Of a DNA stretch of 54,153 nt, positions 54,133 through 54,153 are shown piece after piece (position 1 is the first letter of the stretch; every line of letters begins with the position of its first letter). The position numbers and the translations under genes were made by a program. The notes below the pieces were generated by a model that was not told where the DNA came from, did not search any database, and saw only the letters and a program-made list of their open reading frames with translations. The stretch is from a virus (taxonomy: Duplodnaviria; Caudoviricetes). Where the stretch lies: positions 1 to 54,153 of the IMG/VR virus record IMGVR_UViG_3300049893_001743. The stretch is one strand, 5' to 3'.

Positions 54133-54153
54133 GAAGCGAGGGGCGGTATAGGG

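Noticed and set aside
1-54153. Stop-codon reassignment, integrase/att site, reverse transcriptase (DGR/retron), direct terminal repeats
   Set aside because: Long genes are intact in code 11; no recombinase or RT motifs seen; the two window ends share no sequence

Overview
The window looks like an essentially complete ~54 kb tailed dsDNA phage genome with podovirus/P22-like morphogenesis genes and standard genetic code. I see no integrase, DNA polymerase, primase, CRISPR array or canonical tRNA. The + strand left arm (0.4-12.9 kb) carries small early genes, a SleB-like cell-wall hydrolase, two DNA methyltransferases, an iteron-flanked putative origin beside a RepA/AAA_25 helicase, an HTH regulator, a Cas4-like nuclease/Sak4-like ATPase/SSB/RusA module, and a ~550-nt non-coding stretch with tRNA-like and hammerhead-like folds. 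The - strand from 54.1 to 27.3 kb encodes TerL, a DUF2280-like protein, portal, scaffold, capsid, several Ser/Thr-rich beta-helix/LamG adhesion proteins, membrane lysis proteins, tail adaptor/nozzle and ejection proteins. The most striking element is a ~15 kb glycan synthesis and tailoring cluster (11.8-27.2 kb) with its own promoter. It has a TMTC-like GT-C/TPR transferase, a YfhO-like GT-C, a DPM1/GtrB-like lipid-sugar synthase, three further GT2s, Gmd, an epimerase, a cupin, a deacetylase, three SAM methyltransferases, three radical SAM enzymes and a GroES. All family calls come from motif recognition by eye; no database search or folding program was run.
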